Shown here: positions 40,789 through 53,364 of the stretch, in pieces | Layout of the letters: each line of letters opens with the position of its first letter | Position numbering within the stretch: the first letter of the stretch is position 1 | Assembly (NCBI RefSeq): GCF_054482525.1 | Contig: NZ_CM137006.1 | Direction: 5' to 3' (one strand) | DNA length: 64,000 bases | Notes under the pieces: generated by a model | Told to the model about the DNA's origin: nothing | The model's input: the letters and a program-made list of their open reading frames with translations, nothing else | Database searches by the model: none | Program-made: the position numbers and the translations under genes

Positions 40789-41262
40789 ATGATACTTTGG
40801 TCTGTGAAAAAAGAAACCGATATCCGACGGGGAAGGCATTGTGTTTTCCTGATGCATGTTCACCTGGTCTTTGTCACCAGATACCGACGTCAGATTTTTG
40901 ACTATGACGCGACAGAAAAACTACGCACTTACTTTTCAAATGTATGTGCTGATTTTGAAGCTGAACTGGTTGAAATGGATGGCGAACCAGATCACGTCCA
41001 TTTGTTAATTAACTATCCTCCCAAACTGGCGATATCCAGTCTGGTAAACAGCCTCAAAGGCGTATCGGGTAGGTGACTGCGACGAGATCGACCAGATATT
41101 GCAGTCAGGTATTACTACAAAGGCGTTTTGTGGAGTCCTGGCTATTTTGCCAGTAGCTGCGGAGGTGCGCCAATATCCGTCATCCGCCAATACATTGAAC
41201 AACAGCAAACACCTGGTCAGGTGGAAAACCGCGCCTTATATCCCCGCCCTGAAGGACGGGGT
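40789..41262 (+). pseudogene. tnpA: IS200-type TnpA (Y1 HuH transposase) interrupted by in-frame TGA at 41074-41076
   Basis: 95-aa N-terminal part with HuH-like HVHLL motif; same frame continues after TGA with the conserved LWSPGYF C-terminal motif, then reads through the terminal hairpin. Confidence 0.7.
41242..41261. repeat. sub-terminal hairpin CCCCGCCCTGAAGGACGGGG (TnpA-proximal end)
   Basis: Perfect hairpin read from sequence. Confidence 0.55.
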
Positions 41263-41280
41263 TTTACGGCGCACTGGATA

Positions 41281-41670
41281 AACCAGGCCAAGCGTATGCT
41301 GGTTGATCAAATAATATCCCCCAAGCGCAGCAATATTAATATTCACCTGCAATGGGTCGCTATCTGCCTTAAAAATATTGTGTTTCTTCCCTTCATCCAA
41401 TAATTCCATTAAATGCAAGTGCGCATGATTAATTTCTAAGAGACGCTGTGATTTTGCATAATGCACACCTTTACTTTGGTTTTCACTATGCACAATTTTT
41501 AAAAACCTGGGATTAGCAATATAATAACCCCAGGTAAAATCGATGATTTTTTCAATGGATTTTTGTGGCTGGTTAACCTGCTGATTAACGAACGCACCGA
41601 TACCGACAGCGTAGAATAATTACATACCGCACAACAAGAATGTATGGTGTAAGGCGTTGTCAGTCATCTC
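41281..41670 (-). pseudogene. ytfA: regulator-like remnant at the ytfA position; frame broken by TAA after a 15-codon N-terminal ORF
   Basis: Open frame continues into the IS end; short MTDNALHHTFLLCGM ORF then stop then about 130 in-frame codons; family not assigned. Confidence 0.35.
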
Positions 41671-41843
41671 CCTCCCTGGGTGCACCTTTATATCCGTGAT
41701 GAGCGATTTTTGATATTAATATCTTTTACTATCCGCTATTTTCACCACTTCAGAAAACAAACTTATTTTTATTAATATCGATTATTTATTCTGTGCACAT
41801 TCAGCTGCGATATTTATAAAAAAATTAAACAGGCAAAAATACA

Positions 41844-42638
41844 ATGACATTACCAACCACTATTTATTCATTTCCTGCATATTCACCCCGTTTTTCGTCC
41901 ACCGACAAACCAGTAAAATTAAAATTTCATCAATACGCACGCGCTACATTACTTTCAAATCGTGGAAGAGACCATAATTGCGATGGCAGACATACTGTTG
42001 AGATCCACAAACTAGATCTCTCAGACTGGCAAGCATTCAATAAACTAGCGATGGCGTGTAATGCTTACGATGGAATAACAATGAATGGTGATAATTCTTT
42101 TGGATGGAACCATGAAGCTACATTAGATAATATTCACGCCCAGAAATACAATAAAGCTTACGCGGGTGCGAGGTTAACCGCAGAACTGAAATATTTATTG
42201 CAAGATGTCGAATCCTTCGAACCCAACAGTAAATACACAATACACGAGGTTGTTTTGGGTCCAGGTTATGGTACTCCAGACTATACCGGCCAAACGATAG
42301 GATACGTTGTAACCCTTCCTGCCCAAATGCCTAATTGCTGGTCATCTGAACTACCAACAATCGATCTTTATATCGACCAACTTCGCACTGTTACAGGCGT
42401 TTCTAATGCCCTCGGATTCATCATTGCTGCATTGCTAAACGCGTATTCTGATTTACCCCATGATTTGAAAATTGGTCTGCGTTCCTTATCAGGTTCAGCC
42501 GCAATCTACTCGGGTTTGGGTTTCGAGCGAGTGCCGCAGGAGCGAGACATCAGTTGCGCTCGTATGTATCTAACGCCAGCAAACCATCCTGACTTATGGA
42601 CACAAGAGAATGGTGAATGGATCTACTTGCGAAACTAA
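41844..42638 (+). CDS. yjfZ: hypothetical protein YjfZ
   Basis: 264 aa; AT-rich; conserved position before rplI. Confidence 0.85.
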   Translation: MTLPTTIYSFPAYSPRFSSTDKPVKLKFHQYARATLLSNRGRDHNCDGRHTVEIHKLDLSDWQAFNKLAMACNAYDGITMNGDNSFGWNHEATLDNIHAQKYNKAYAGARLTAELKYLLQDVESFEPNSKYTIHEVVLGPGYGTPDYTGQTIGYVVTLPAQMPNCWSSELPTIDLYIDQLRTVTGVSNALGFIIAALLNAYSDLPHDLKIGLRSLSGSAAIYSGLGFERVPQERDISCARMYLTPANHPDLWTQENGEWIYLRN

Positions 42639-42660
42639 TACCTGACGAAAAATAGAAAGC

Positions 42661-42687
42661 AAAACGCCGACCAGTGGTCGGCGTTTT
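42661..42687. terminator. bidirectional rho-independent terminator between yjfZ and rplI
   Basis: aaaacgccgacc agtg gtcggcgttttt: perfect stem with A-run and T-run flanks. Confidence 0.65.
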
Positions 42688-42708
42688 TACGTCTCGTTGA
42701 ATAACGAA

Positions 42709-43170
<462 letters not shown>

Positions 43171-43199
43171 TCAAAGTCGTATTAATGGACCGTGACCGA

Positions 43200-43746
<547 letters not shown>

Positions 43747-43752
43747 CAGAAA

Positions 43753-44166
<414 letters not shown>

Positions 44167-44474
44167 TTATTCAGCCTCCTGTCTGGGTCAGCCGAATCCC
44201 GGGGAGGCAAGGAACGTGTTAAAGGTCGGCTGAAAAATGACGCGTTATAGTACTGACATACCCCGCTAAACTCAAGGCCAGCCGACAAATAAATCTCATC
44301 CTTCACCAAATCGTACTAACACGCTGATTTGAAGTTCATCACACTTCATTATGGTGTTTTTTTGAACAACTGCATCAGAAATGGTCACCATCAACTTCTT
44401 TATCATTGATTAAAATTAAATCAGAAGATCATCACAGAGGAGAGCACACAAAGTCAGCCGTCGAGGAGGTATCT

Positions 44475-44750
44475 ATGTTCAGTCGTGTTTTAGCCCTTCT
44501 GGCTGTGCTTTTGCTAAGTGCAAATACATGGGCAGCCATTGAAATTAATAACCACCAGGCCAGAAATATGGACGATGTGCAAAGCTTAGGCGTGATTTAT
44601 ATCAACCATAACTTCGCCACTGAAAGTGAAGCACGTCAGGCATTAAATGAAGAGACAGATGCGCAGGGCGCAACGTACTACCACGTGATTCTAATGCGGG
44701 AACCGGGGAGTAACGGCAATATGCACGCCAGCGCGGATATTTATCGCTAG
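44475..44750 (+). CDS. yjfY: DUF1471-family small periplasmic protein
   Basis: 91 aa from internal Met; signal peptide. Confidence 0.85.
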   Translation: MFSRVLALLAVLLLSANTWAAIEINNHQARNMDDVQSLGVIYINHNFATESEARQALNEETDAQGATYYHVILMREPGSNGNMHASADIYR

Positions 44751-44790
44751 CACCAGGTATAACCAACGAAACATTGCCATAGTTTGCTTT

Positions 44791-44817
44791 GCCCCCTTCG
44801 CAGGGGGCTTTTTTTGA
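44791..44817 (+). terminator. rho-independent terminator after yjfY
   Basis: gcccccttcgcagggggc stem followed by TTTTTTT. Confidence 0.65.
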
Positions 44818-44878
44818 AAAACGGCTGCGGAATTAGACCAGTTATCTCCCGAAGAAGGAAATTTCCGCAGCGCGTGTT

Positions 44879-45565
44879 TTACTTCTGCCCGTAATAAGCG
44901 TTAGGACCGTGCTTACGCATGAAGTGTTTATTCATGAGGTAGCTGTCGATGTGATTCAGTTGCGGGTTTATACTGCGCGCAATCCACGCCATTTTCGCCA
45001 CTTCTTCCATCACCACCGCGTTATGCACCGCATCGTGGGCATCTTTCCCCCAGGCGAACGGTCCGTGCTGATACACCACAATTCCCGGCGTATGCAGCGG
45101 CTCGGCGTTGCCCAGCGTTTCGATAATCACTTTGCCAGTGTTCAGTTCATACTCACCCTGCACCTCTTCTTCGCTTAATCCACGCGTACACGGGATATCA
45201 CCAAAGAAGTAGTCAGCGTGCGTGGTGCCTAACGCCGGGATCGCCAGCCCCGCCTGCGCCCATGCGGTGGCATGAGTGGAGTGGGTATGGACAATGCCGC
45301 CAAGCGACGGGTAACGACGGTAGAGTTCGAGATGCGTCGCAGTGTCGGAAGATGGGCGATACTCCCCTTCCACCACCTTGCCGCTCATATCAACCACCAC
45401 CATATCGGCCGCTTTCATGGTTTCGTAGGCAACGCCGCTGGGCTTGATCACCACCAGCCCGCGTTCGCGGTCGATAGCGCTGACGTTGCCCCAGGTAAAG
45501 GTCACCAGCCCGTAGCGCGGCAGCTCCATGTTGGCTTCAAATACCTGCTGTTTTAGCTTTTGCAT
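44879..45565 (-). CDS. ulaF: L-ribulose-5-phosphate 4-epimerase
   Basis: 228 aa from internal Met; class II aldolase/adducin fold. Confidence 0.95.
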   Translation of the reverse strand: MQKLKQQVFEANMELPRYGLVTFTWGNVSAIDRERGLVVIKPSGVAYETMKAADMVVVDMSGKVVEGEYRPSSDTATHLELYRRYPSLGGIVHTHSTHATAWAQAGLAIPALGTTHADYFFGDIPCTRGLSEEEVQGEYELNTGKVIIETLGNAEPLHTPGIVVYQHGPFAWGKDAHDAVHNAVVMEEVAKMAWIARSINPQLNHIDSYLMNKHFMRKHGPNAYYGQK

Positions 45566-46419
45566 TATGCCGCCTCCACCATGCCCGCTTTCGCCATGCG
45601 CGCTTTCACCCAATCACGCGCTTTCGCCACTTCTGCCGCCGGGTCTTCCGCCGTTTCGCTCCACATCTCAATCAGGTACGGCCCGCAATAGCCACTCTGT
45701 TTGAGCGTTTCGAAGCAACGTTCGAAATCCACTACGCCTTCGCCAAACGGCACATTTTTGAAGACGCCTGGTTTGGTGTCTTTCACATGCACCGCGACGA
45801 TATGCCCAATTCCGGCCTGCAATTCCATCTGCACGTCGTTGTCCCACGCCGACAGGTTGCCGATATCCGGGTAGAGCTGGAACCATGGGTTGTTGAGATA
45901 GTGCGCGTAACCCAACGCCTTACTGATGGAGTTCATCAACGGGTAATCCATGATCTCCATCGCCAGCGTCACCTGCGCGCGGCTTGCCATCTCAACGCTC
46001 TCTTTCAGGCCGTCACGGAAACGACGACGCGTTTCGTTATTGGCTTCCTGATAGTAAACGTCATAGCCCGCCAACTGGATCACGCGAATGCCGACGTCCT
46101 GGGCGAACTGGATAGCTTTGCGCATAATCTCCAGCCCCTGCGCCCGCACTGCGTCATCTTCGCTACCCAGCGGGAAACGACGATGAGCAGAAAGGCACAT
46201 GGACGGCACGCGCACGCCAGTTTCAACAATCGCATTCACCAGCGCCAGACGCTGCTCGCGGCTCCAGTCGAGGCGAGACAGTCGATCGTCCGTTTCATCT
46301 ACCGACATCTCGACAAAATCGAAGCCCAGCGTTTTTGCCAGTTGCAGCCGTTCCAGCCAGCACTCCCCGCCGGGGAGCGCTTTTTCATAGATGCCAAGCG
46401 GGATTTGTTTGGACAACAT
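45565..46419 (-). CDS. ulaE: L-ribulose-5-phosphate 3-epimerase
   Basis: 284 aa. Confidence 0.95.
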   Translation of the reverse strand: MLSKQIPLGIYEKALPGGECWLERLQLAKTLGFDFVEMSVDETDDRLSRLDWSREQRLALVNAIVETGVRVPSMCLSAHRRFPLGSEDDAVRAQGLEIMRKAIQFAQDVGIRVIQLAGYDVYYQEANNETRRRFRDGLKESVEMASRAQVTLAMEIMDYPLMNSISKALGYAHYLNNPWFQLYPDIGNLSAWDNDVQMELQAGIGHIVAVHVKDTKPGVFKNVPFGEGVVDFERCFETLKQSGYCGPYLIEMWSETAEDPAAEVAKARDWVKARMAKAGMVEAA

Positions 46420-46428
46420 ATCCGCTCC

Positions 46429-47079
46429 TTAGCCCCACAGTTCGGCGATGGAACGTTTGAACTGACGCGCGGCTTCAACCGGAGAAGCGGCATCACGGAT
46501 GCTGCGGCCAGCGATAAAGACGTGGATCGGAATGCCTTTGAACAGCGGCAGATCTTCCAGCGCCAGGCCACCGGTGACGGTTACTTTGAAGCCCATATCG
46601 GAAAGACGTTTGATCGCGGTAATATCTGCTTCGCCCCACGCCACGCCTGCGGCCTGTGCGTCACGGCTGCGGTGATAAACCACCTGCTGAATACCTGCGT
46701 CGCGCCACTGTTGCGCCTGTTCCCAGGTCCAGTAGCCGGTCAGTTCGATCTGCACGTCGCCGTTAAACTCTTTTGCCACGTCCAGCGCGCCTTTGGCGGT
46801 GTTGATATCCGCACAGCAAATTACGGTCACCCAGTCAGCGTTGGCTTCGAAGCACATACGAGAAAGGATTTTGCCCGCATCGGCAATTTTGGCGTCAGCC
46901 AGTACGATTTTGTGCGGGTAAAGCGCTTTCAGGTCACGAACCGCACGCACGCCTTCGCCCACGCACAGAATGGTGCCCACTTCGATAATGTCGACTTCTT
47001 CGGCAATCAGGCGAGTGGTTTCGTAAGCGCTATCCATAGTCTGGTTATCCAGCGCGACTTGCAACATCGGTAATGACAT
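46429..47079 (-). CDS. ulaD: 3-keto-L-gulonate-6-phosphate decarboxylase
   Basis: 216 aa from internal Met. Confidence 0.95.
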   Translation of the reverse strand: MSLPMLQVALDNQTMDSAYETTRLIAEEVDIIEVGTILCVGEGVRAVRDLKALYPHKIVLADAKIADAGKILSRMCFEANADWVTVICCADINTAKGALDVAKEFNGDVQIELTGYWTWEQAQQWRDAGIQQVVYHRSRDAQAAGVAWGEADITAIKRLSDMGFKVTVTGGLALEDLPLFKGIPIHVFIAGRSIRDAASPVEAARQFKRSIAELWG

Positions 47080-47092
47080 CTTCAATTCCTTC

Positions 47093-47557
47093 TTAAGCTG
47101 CCGCGTTGGTGCGGTCAATTAAATCCAGTACTTCCTGCTCGGTACGGCAGGCGCGTAAACGGTCGAAATTCTCTTCATCTTCAAACAGGTTGACGATCTG
47201 CATGATGCCCACTTCCTGGTGAGTGTTGGCATCGACCGCCGCCATGGTGATGAGGATATCCACCGGGTCGTTATCTTCGTGGTTGAACTCCAGCGGCTTT
47301 TTCAGCGTTACCAGAGAGAAACCGGTTTTCTTAACGCCCTCTTCCGGACGCCCGTGCGGCATTGCCAGTCCCGGTGCGATAACGAAATAAGGACCAAACT
47401 GTTCAACGCCATCCAGAATCGCCTGGTAGTAACGCGGCTCTACCACATCTGCCGCTACCAGCAGGTCAACACCGATTTTCACCGCTTCCTGCCAGGTATT
47501 TGCTTCGGCCTGCAGGCGGATAGATTTATTTTCAGCCAGCGAATCACGTAATTTCAT
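47093..47557 (-). CDS. ulaC: ascorbate-specific PTS EIIA
   Basis: 154 aa. Confidence 0.95.
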
Positions 47558-47566
47558 GGCGCGTCC

Positions 47567-47872
47567 TTACTTCACATCCTGCGGGAAATGCGCTTTGATC
47601 ACTTCCAGCAGTTTCGGGCCAAAGTCAGCAGGAGAGAGCATGTTGCGCACGCCAACCACATATTTGTTGCCGGTCACGGTGATTTCGCCCGCAATGTGCG
47701 TAGAAGCGATGATGATATCCGCGCCGCTCAACTCGCTTTTGTATTCGCCAACCGCGCAGCTGTTTACCGTGTGGTCAATGTTTGATTGGGTTAAAAACTG
47801 GTCCACTTTCATCTTCATGATCATGGAACTGCCTTGTCCGTTGCCACACACAGCCAGAATACGTACGGTCAT
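47567..47872 (-). CDS. ulaB: ascorbate-specific PTS EIIB
   Basis: 101 aa; CGNGQGSS phospho-cysteine motif. Confidence 0.95.
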   Translation of the reverse strand: MTVRILAVCGNGQGSSMIMKMKVDQFLTQSNIDHTVNSCAVGEYKSELSGADIIIASTHIAGEITVTGNKYVVGVRNMLSPADFGPKLLEVIKAHFPQDVK

Positions 47873-47887
47873 AATCAAAACTCCTTA

Positions 47888-49342
<1,455 letters not shown>

Positions 49343-49639
49343 TCACTCTAATTTTCAAAAGTAATCACAACAAGATTATTTATGATTAAATGTGACGCGA
49401 CCCGCAAATAATTCCGCATGGATAGAGTGGGATTCACACAACGAAATAATTATTCATTTAAATTCATTTAGTTAATTGAATTACACATTCCATTAAATCT
49501 TTCCACACTCAAAATCAACAACAACTTCCCTGGCAAAAAGTCAAAAAATGGTCATTGCCTTCCTGAAAAAATAGTGTCAGGATTAATCAAAACCAATCAC
49601 ATATTGATTCGAATTGAACTATCATGAAGGTAAATGGCG
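49343..49639. promoter_or_regulatory. divergent ulaG / ulaABCDEF control region
   Basis: AT-rich 297-bp spacer between divergent operons; known site of UlaR, CRP and IHF control; individual sites not resolved here. Confidence 0.5.
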
Positions 49640-50704
49640 ATGAGTAAAGTGAAAAGTATCACCCGAGAATCCTGGATCCTGAGCACTTTCCCGGAGTGGG
49701 GTAGCTGGCTGAATGAAGAAATTGAACAAGAGCAGGTCGCCCCTGGCACATTTGCGATGTGGTGGCTAGGCTGCACCGGGATCTGGCTGAAATCAGAAGG
49801 TGGCACCAACGTTTGCGTTGATTTCTGGTGCGGCACTGGCAAACAAAGTCACGGTAACCCGTTAATGAAACAGGGTCACCAGATGCAGCGCATGGCTGGC
49901 GTGAAAAAACTGCAGCCAAACCTGCGCACCACCCCGTTTGTTCTTGATCCGTTTGCGATTCGCCAGATCGACGCGGTACTGGCGACTCACGATCACAACG
50001 ATCATATCGACGTTAACGTCGCTGCTGCCGTAATGCAGAACTGTGCTGATGACGTACCATTCATTGGACCGAAAACCTGCGTTGATTTGTGGATTGGCTG
50101 GGGCGTACCGAAAGAGCGTTGCATCGTGGTCAAACCTGGCGATGTTGTAAAAGTGAAAGACATTGAAATTCATGCGCTTGACGCTTTCGACCGTACTGCA
50201 CTGATCACCCTGCCTGCCGATCAAAAAGCGGCTGGCGTACTGCCAGATGGCATGGACGATCGCGCAGTAAACTACCTGTTCAAAACCCCTGGCGGTTCCC
50301 TGTATCACAGTGGCGATTCCCACTACTCTAACTATTATGCGAAGCACGGTAACGAACATCAGATCGATGTGGCGTTAGGATCGTACGGTGAGAACCCGCG
50401 CGGTATTACCGACAAAATGACCAGCGCCGATATACTGCGTATGGGTGAAGCCCTGAATGCGAAAGTGGTTATTCCGTTCCACCACGATATCTGGTCAAAC
50501 TTCCAGGCCGATCCGCAAGAAATCCGCGTGCTGTGGGAGATGAAAAAAGATCGTCTGAAGTATGGCTTCAAGCCGTTTATCTGGCAGGTGGGCGGCAAAT
50601 TTACCTGGCCGTTGGATAAAGACAACTTCGAGTACCACTATCCGCGTGGTTTCGATGATTGCTTCACTATTGAACCGGATCTGCCGTTCAAGTCATTCCT
50701 GTAA
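49640..50704 (+). CDS. ulaG: L-ascorbate-6-phosphate lactonase (metallo-beta-lactamase fold)
   Basis: 354 aa from third codon of ORF-track frame; HDHNDH motif. Confidence 0.95.
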   Translation: MSKVKSITRESWILSTFPEWGSWLNEEIEQEQVAPGTFAMWWLGCTGIWLKSEGGTNVCVDFWCGTGKQSHGNPLMKQGHQMQRMAGVKKLQPNLRTTPFVLDPFAIRQIDAVLATHDHNDHIDVNVAAAVMQNCADDVPFIGPKTCVDLWIGWGVPKERCIVVKPGDVVKVKDIEIHALDAFDRTALITLPADQKAAGVLPDGMDDRAVNYLFKTPGGSLYHSGDSHYSNYYAKHGNEHQIDVALGSYGENPRGITDKMTSADILRMGEALNAKVVIPFHHDIWSNFQADPQEIRVLWEMKKDRLKYGFKPFIWQVGGKFTWPLDKDNFEYHYPRGFDDCFTIEPDLPFKSFL

Positions 50705-50811
50705 TCTGTCGTTTATACCGGATAGCGTGGAGTAGTTCGCGCTATCCGGCGTAGTATTTCCTGGCTATTTCAAATATCATCTAAAAAAATCAAATTTTAT
50801 CGGAATAGCTC

Positions 50812-51567
50812 ATGACTGAAGCACAAAGACATCAAATCCTCCTGGAAATGCTCGCACAATTGGGCTTTGTGACCGTTGAGAAAGTCGTTGAGCGTCTGGG
50901 AATTTCGCCTGCCACTGCGCGACGCGATATCAATAAACTTGACGAAAGCGGCAAACTGAAAAAAGTGCGCAATGGCGCAGAAGCTATTACCCAACAGCGC
51001 CCGCGCTGGACGCCGATGAATCTGCATCAGGCGCAGAATCACGATGAAAAAGTACGTATTGCTAAAGCGGCCTCGCAGCTGGTTAATCCGGGCGAAAGCG
51101 TAGTCATCAACTGCGGCTCCACCGCGTTTCTGCTTGGGCGGGAAATGTGTGGCAAGCCTGTGCAAATCATCACTAATTATCTACCGCTGGCAAATTACCT
51201 GATCGATCAGGAGCATGACAGCGTGATCATTATGGGCGGACAGTACAACAAAAGTCAGTCCATCACTTTAAGCCCGCAAGGTAGCGAAAACAGTCTCTAT
51301 GCCGGGCACTGGATGTTTACCAGCGGCAAAGGGCTGACAGCAGAAGGGTTGTATAAAACCGATATGTTGACGGCAATGGCAGAGCAGAAGATGCTGAGCG
51401 TGGTAGGGAAACTGGTGGTACTGGTTGATAGCAGTAAGATTGGCGAACGCGCGGGAATGCTTTTTAGCCGTGCCGATCAAATCGATATGCTGATCACCGG
51501 CAAAAATGCTAACCCGGAAATCCTGCAACAACTGGAAGCGCAAGGGGTCAGCATTCTGCGTGTTTAA
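50812..51567 (+). CDS. ulaR: DeoR-family repressor of the ula regulon
   Basis: 251 aa; N-terminal HTH. Confidence 0.95.
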
Positions 51568-52313
51568 AGATGCTGGCGGAAAAATGTCACGGCAGCATCT
51601 AACGCCTCAGGCGTAATGCGGTGACGCACGCCTGGCTGCCATGAACAGGTTAGCAGTTTATCCCGTCCCGTCTCGCTTAAGGCCTGCTGCAAACGTAGTG
51701 ATTCGTCGGCAGGCACGACGTCATCGTCAAGGCCATGCCACAGCAGTAGAGGTCTGTCACCAAGTTGTTCCAGGTGGTTTGTCGCTTCCCACTCTGCCAG
51801 CGGCGCGACAATGTTATTGAATTCATTCTGCTGTGCTGCCGTTTCAGGTATCAGCGGTGGAAACAGTGAACGGGCGAGCAATGTAAAATAGCCCGCTCCC
51901 ATCATGCTGGCGGTACATTTCACCGTGGGGTGGCGAGCGGTAATTCCCAGTGCCGTCATCGCGCCCATCGACGCGCCACCGACTGCCAGACGGTCATCAA
52001 GCAGCCAGTTTTCTTCGGCTATTGCCGCACGTAAAGTAGTGAATTCCTGCATACTTTGTAGCAAGATTTGCCAGAATTGATTTAACCGCCGCGCTGCGTC
52101 GCCACTAAAACGACTACCGTGATCGGGCGCATCCGGCATGATCACCCGCAAACCAGCCTGCGCCAGCGCAACGGCAAAATAGCTATACACCAGACTGGAC
52201 GAAGTAAAGCCGTGATAAAAAATCGCGCACGGTAACGGGGTATCTTTTTGCCCGACAGGATAAGCATGAAGAACGGGAATATCTGCCAGCTCGCGTGATT
52301 CTATTTCAATCAT
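51564..52313 (-). CDS. yjfP: alpha/beta-hydrolase esterase
   Basis: 249 aa; GxSxG-type motif (GGASMG). Confidence 0.9.
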
Positions 52314-52494
52314 CTGTCTCTCCTTTTTGTCTGGTATGACATGAAGAAATCCTTAGCACAAGTTTCTGCTGGCGGTATTAGTTCATAATGTTGAGATGTG
52401 GGTTACGCTTTCGTCACGTTTTCATTCGAAAATCGCGTACCAGGTAACAATTCGGGAACATTCCCCCAAAGTTAAATTAATAAGGCACTACACT

Positions 52495-52824
52495 ATGGTT
52501 AGCAGGAAACGTAATAGCGTTATTTACCGGTTTGCCAGTTTATTATTGGTGTTGATGTTAAGTGCCTGTAGCGCACTGCAAGGTACGCCACAGTCAGCAC
52601 CGCCAGTAACGGACCATCCGCAAGAGATTCGCCGCGACCAGACGCAAGGGTTACAGCGAATAGGTAGCGTAAGCACGATGGTTCGGGGTTCTCCGGATGA
52701 CGCATTAGCAGAAATCAGAGCGAAAGCTGTCGCTGCAAAAGCTGATTATTACGTTGTCGTCATGGTGGACGAAACCATCGTGACAGGACAGTGGTATTCA
52801 CAAGCCATTTTGTACCGTAAATAA
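52495..52824 (+). CDS. bsmA: biofilm stress and motility lipoprotein
   Basis: 109 aa from internal Met; lipobox LSAC. Confidence 0.88.
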   Translation: MVSRKRNSVIYRFASLLLVLMLSACSALQGTPQSAPPVTDHPQEIRRDQTQGLQRIGSVSTMVRGSPDDALAEIRAKAVAAKADYYVVVMVDETIVTGQWYSQAILYRK

Positions 52825-52972
52825 ATCAGACAACTTACATAGTCAGCTTTACATTGCTTTGCGTCCCTATGCGTTTACCTGTGCACAATAAATTACCGGC
52901 TGGAAGCTCGGGCGTTTATTACCGCGATGGAATGCCCTGCAACATGTGGGGAAACGAAAAATGGAGCTGACG

Positions 52973-53248
52973 ATGAAACAATTACTTGCCTCACCCTCGC
53001 TGCAATTAGTGACTTATCCTGCGAGCGCCACGGCACAGTCTGCAGAATTCGCCAGTGCTGACTGCGTGACGGGCCTGAATGAAATAGGTCAGATCTCAGT
53101 TAGCAATATTTCAGGGGATCCGCAGGACGTGGAACGTATCGTGGCGTTAAAGGCCGATGAACAAGGTGCGTCATGGTACCGCATTATTACCATGTACGAA
53201 GACCAGCAGCCTGATAACTGGCGCGTGCAGGCGATACTGTATGCGTGA
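52973..53248 (+). CDS. yjfN: DUF1471-family small periplasmic protein
   Basis: 91 aa from internal Met. Confidence 0.85.
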   Translation: MKQLLASPSLQLVTYPASATAQSAEFASADCVTGLNEIGQISVSNISGDPQDVERIVALKADEQGASWYRIITMYEDQQPDNWRVQAILYA

Positions 53249-53270
53249 GTGTCATCTACAGCAAATGAAC

Positions 53271-53308
53271 AATGCCGGATGCGGCGCGAGCGCCTTGTCC
53301 GGCCTATA
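53271..53308. repeat. REP element
   Basis: aatgccggatgcggcgcgagcgccttgtccggcc. Confidence 0.6.
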
Positions 53309-53364
53309 ATTTTCACATATTTCATTGAGTTAATCGAAACCAGCGTCGCATTAGTCGTATACGC

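Larger units (their letters stand above)
39520..41280 (-). mobile_element. IS200/IS605-family element (divergent tnpA-tnpB; boundaries approximate, +/- 30 bp)
   Basis: Y1 transposase remnant and full TnpB flanked by near-identical sub-terminal hairpins. Confidence 0.75.

Noticed and set aside
41074-41076. TGA in tnpA as selenocysteine or programmed recoding
   Set aside because: No SECIS-like structure seen downstream and Y1 transposases are not selenoproteins; a simple nonsense mutation is the economical explanation.
45787-47073. 428-aa ORF antisense to ulaE and ulaD
   Set aside because: Spans two well-supported genes on the opposite strand; Arg/His-rich low-complexity translation typical of antisense frames.
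50700-50790. ccggatagcg...cgctatccgg hairpin after ulaG as a REP element
   Set aside because: Sequence does not match the REP consensus seen elsewhere in the window; more likely a gene-specific hairpin, not annotated.
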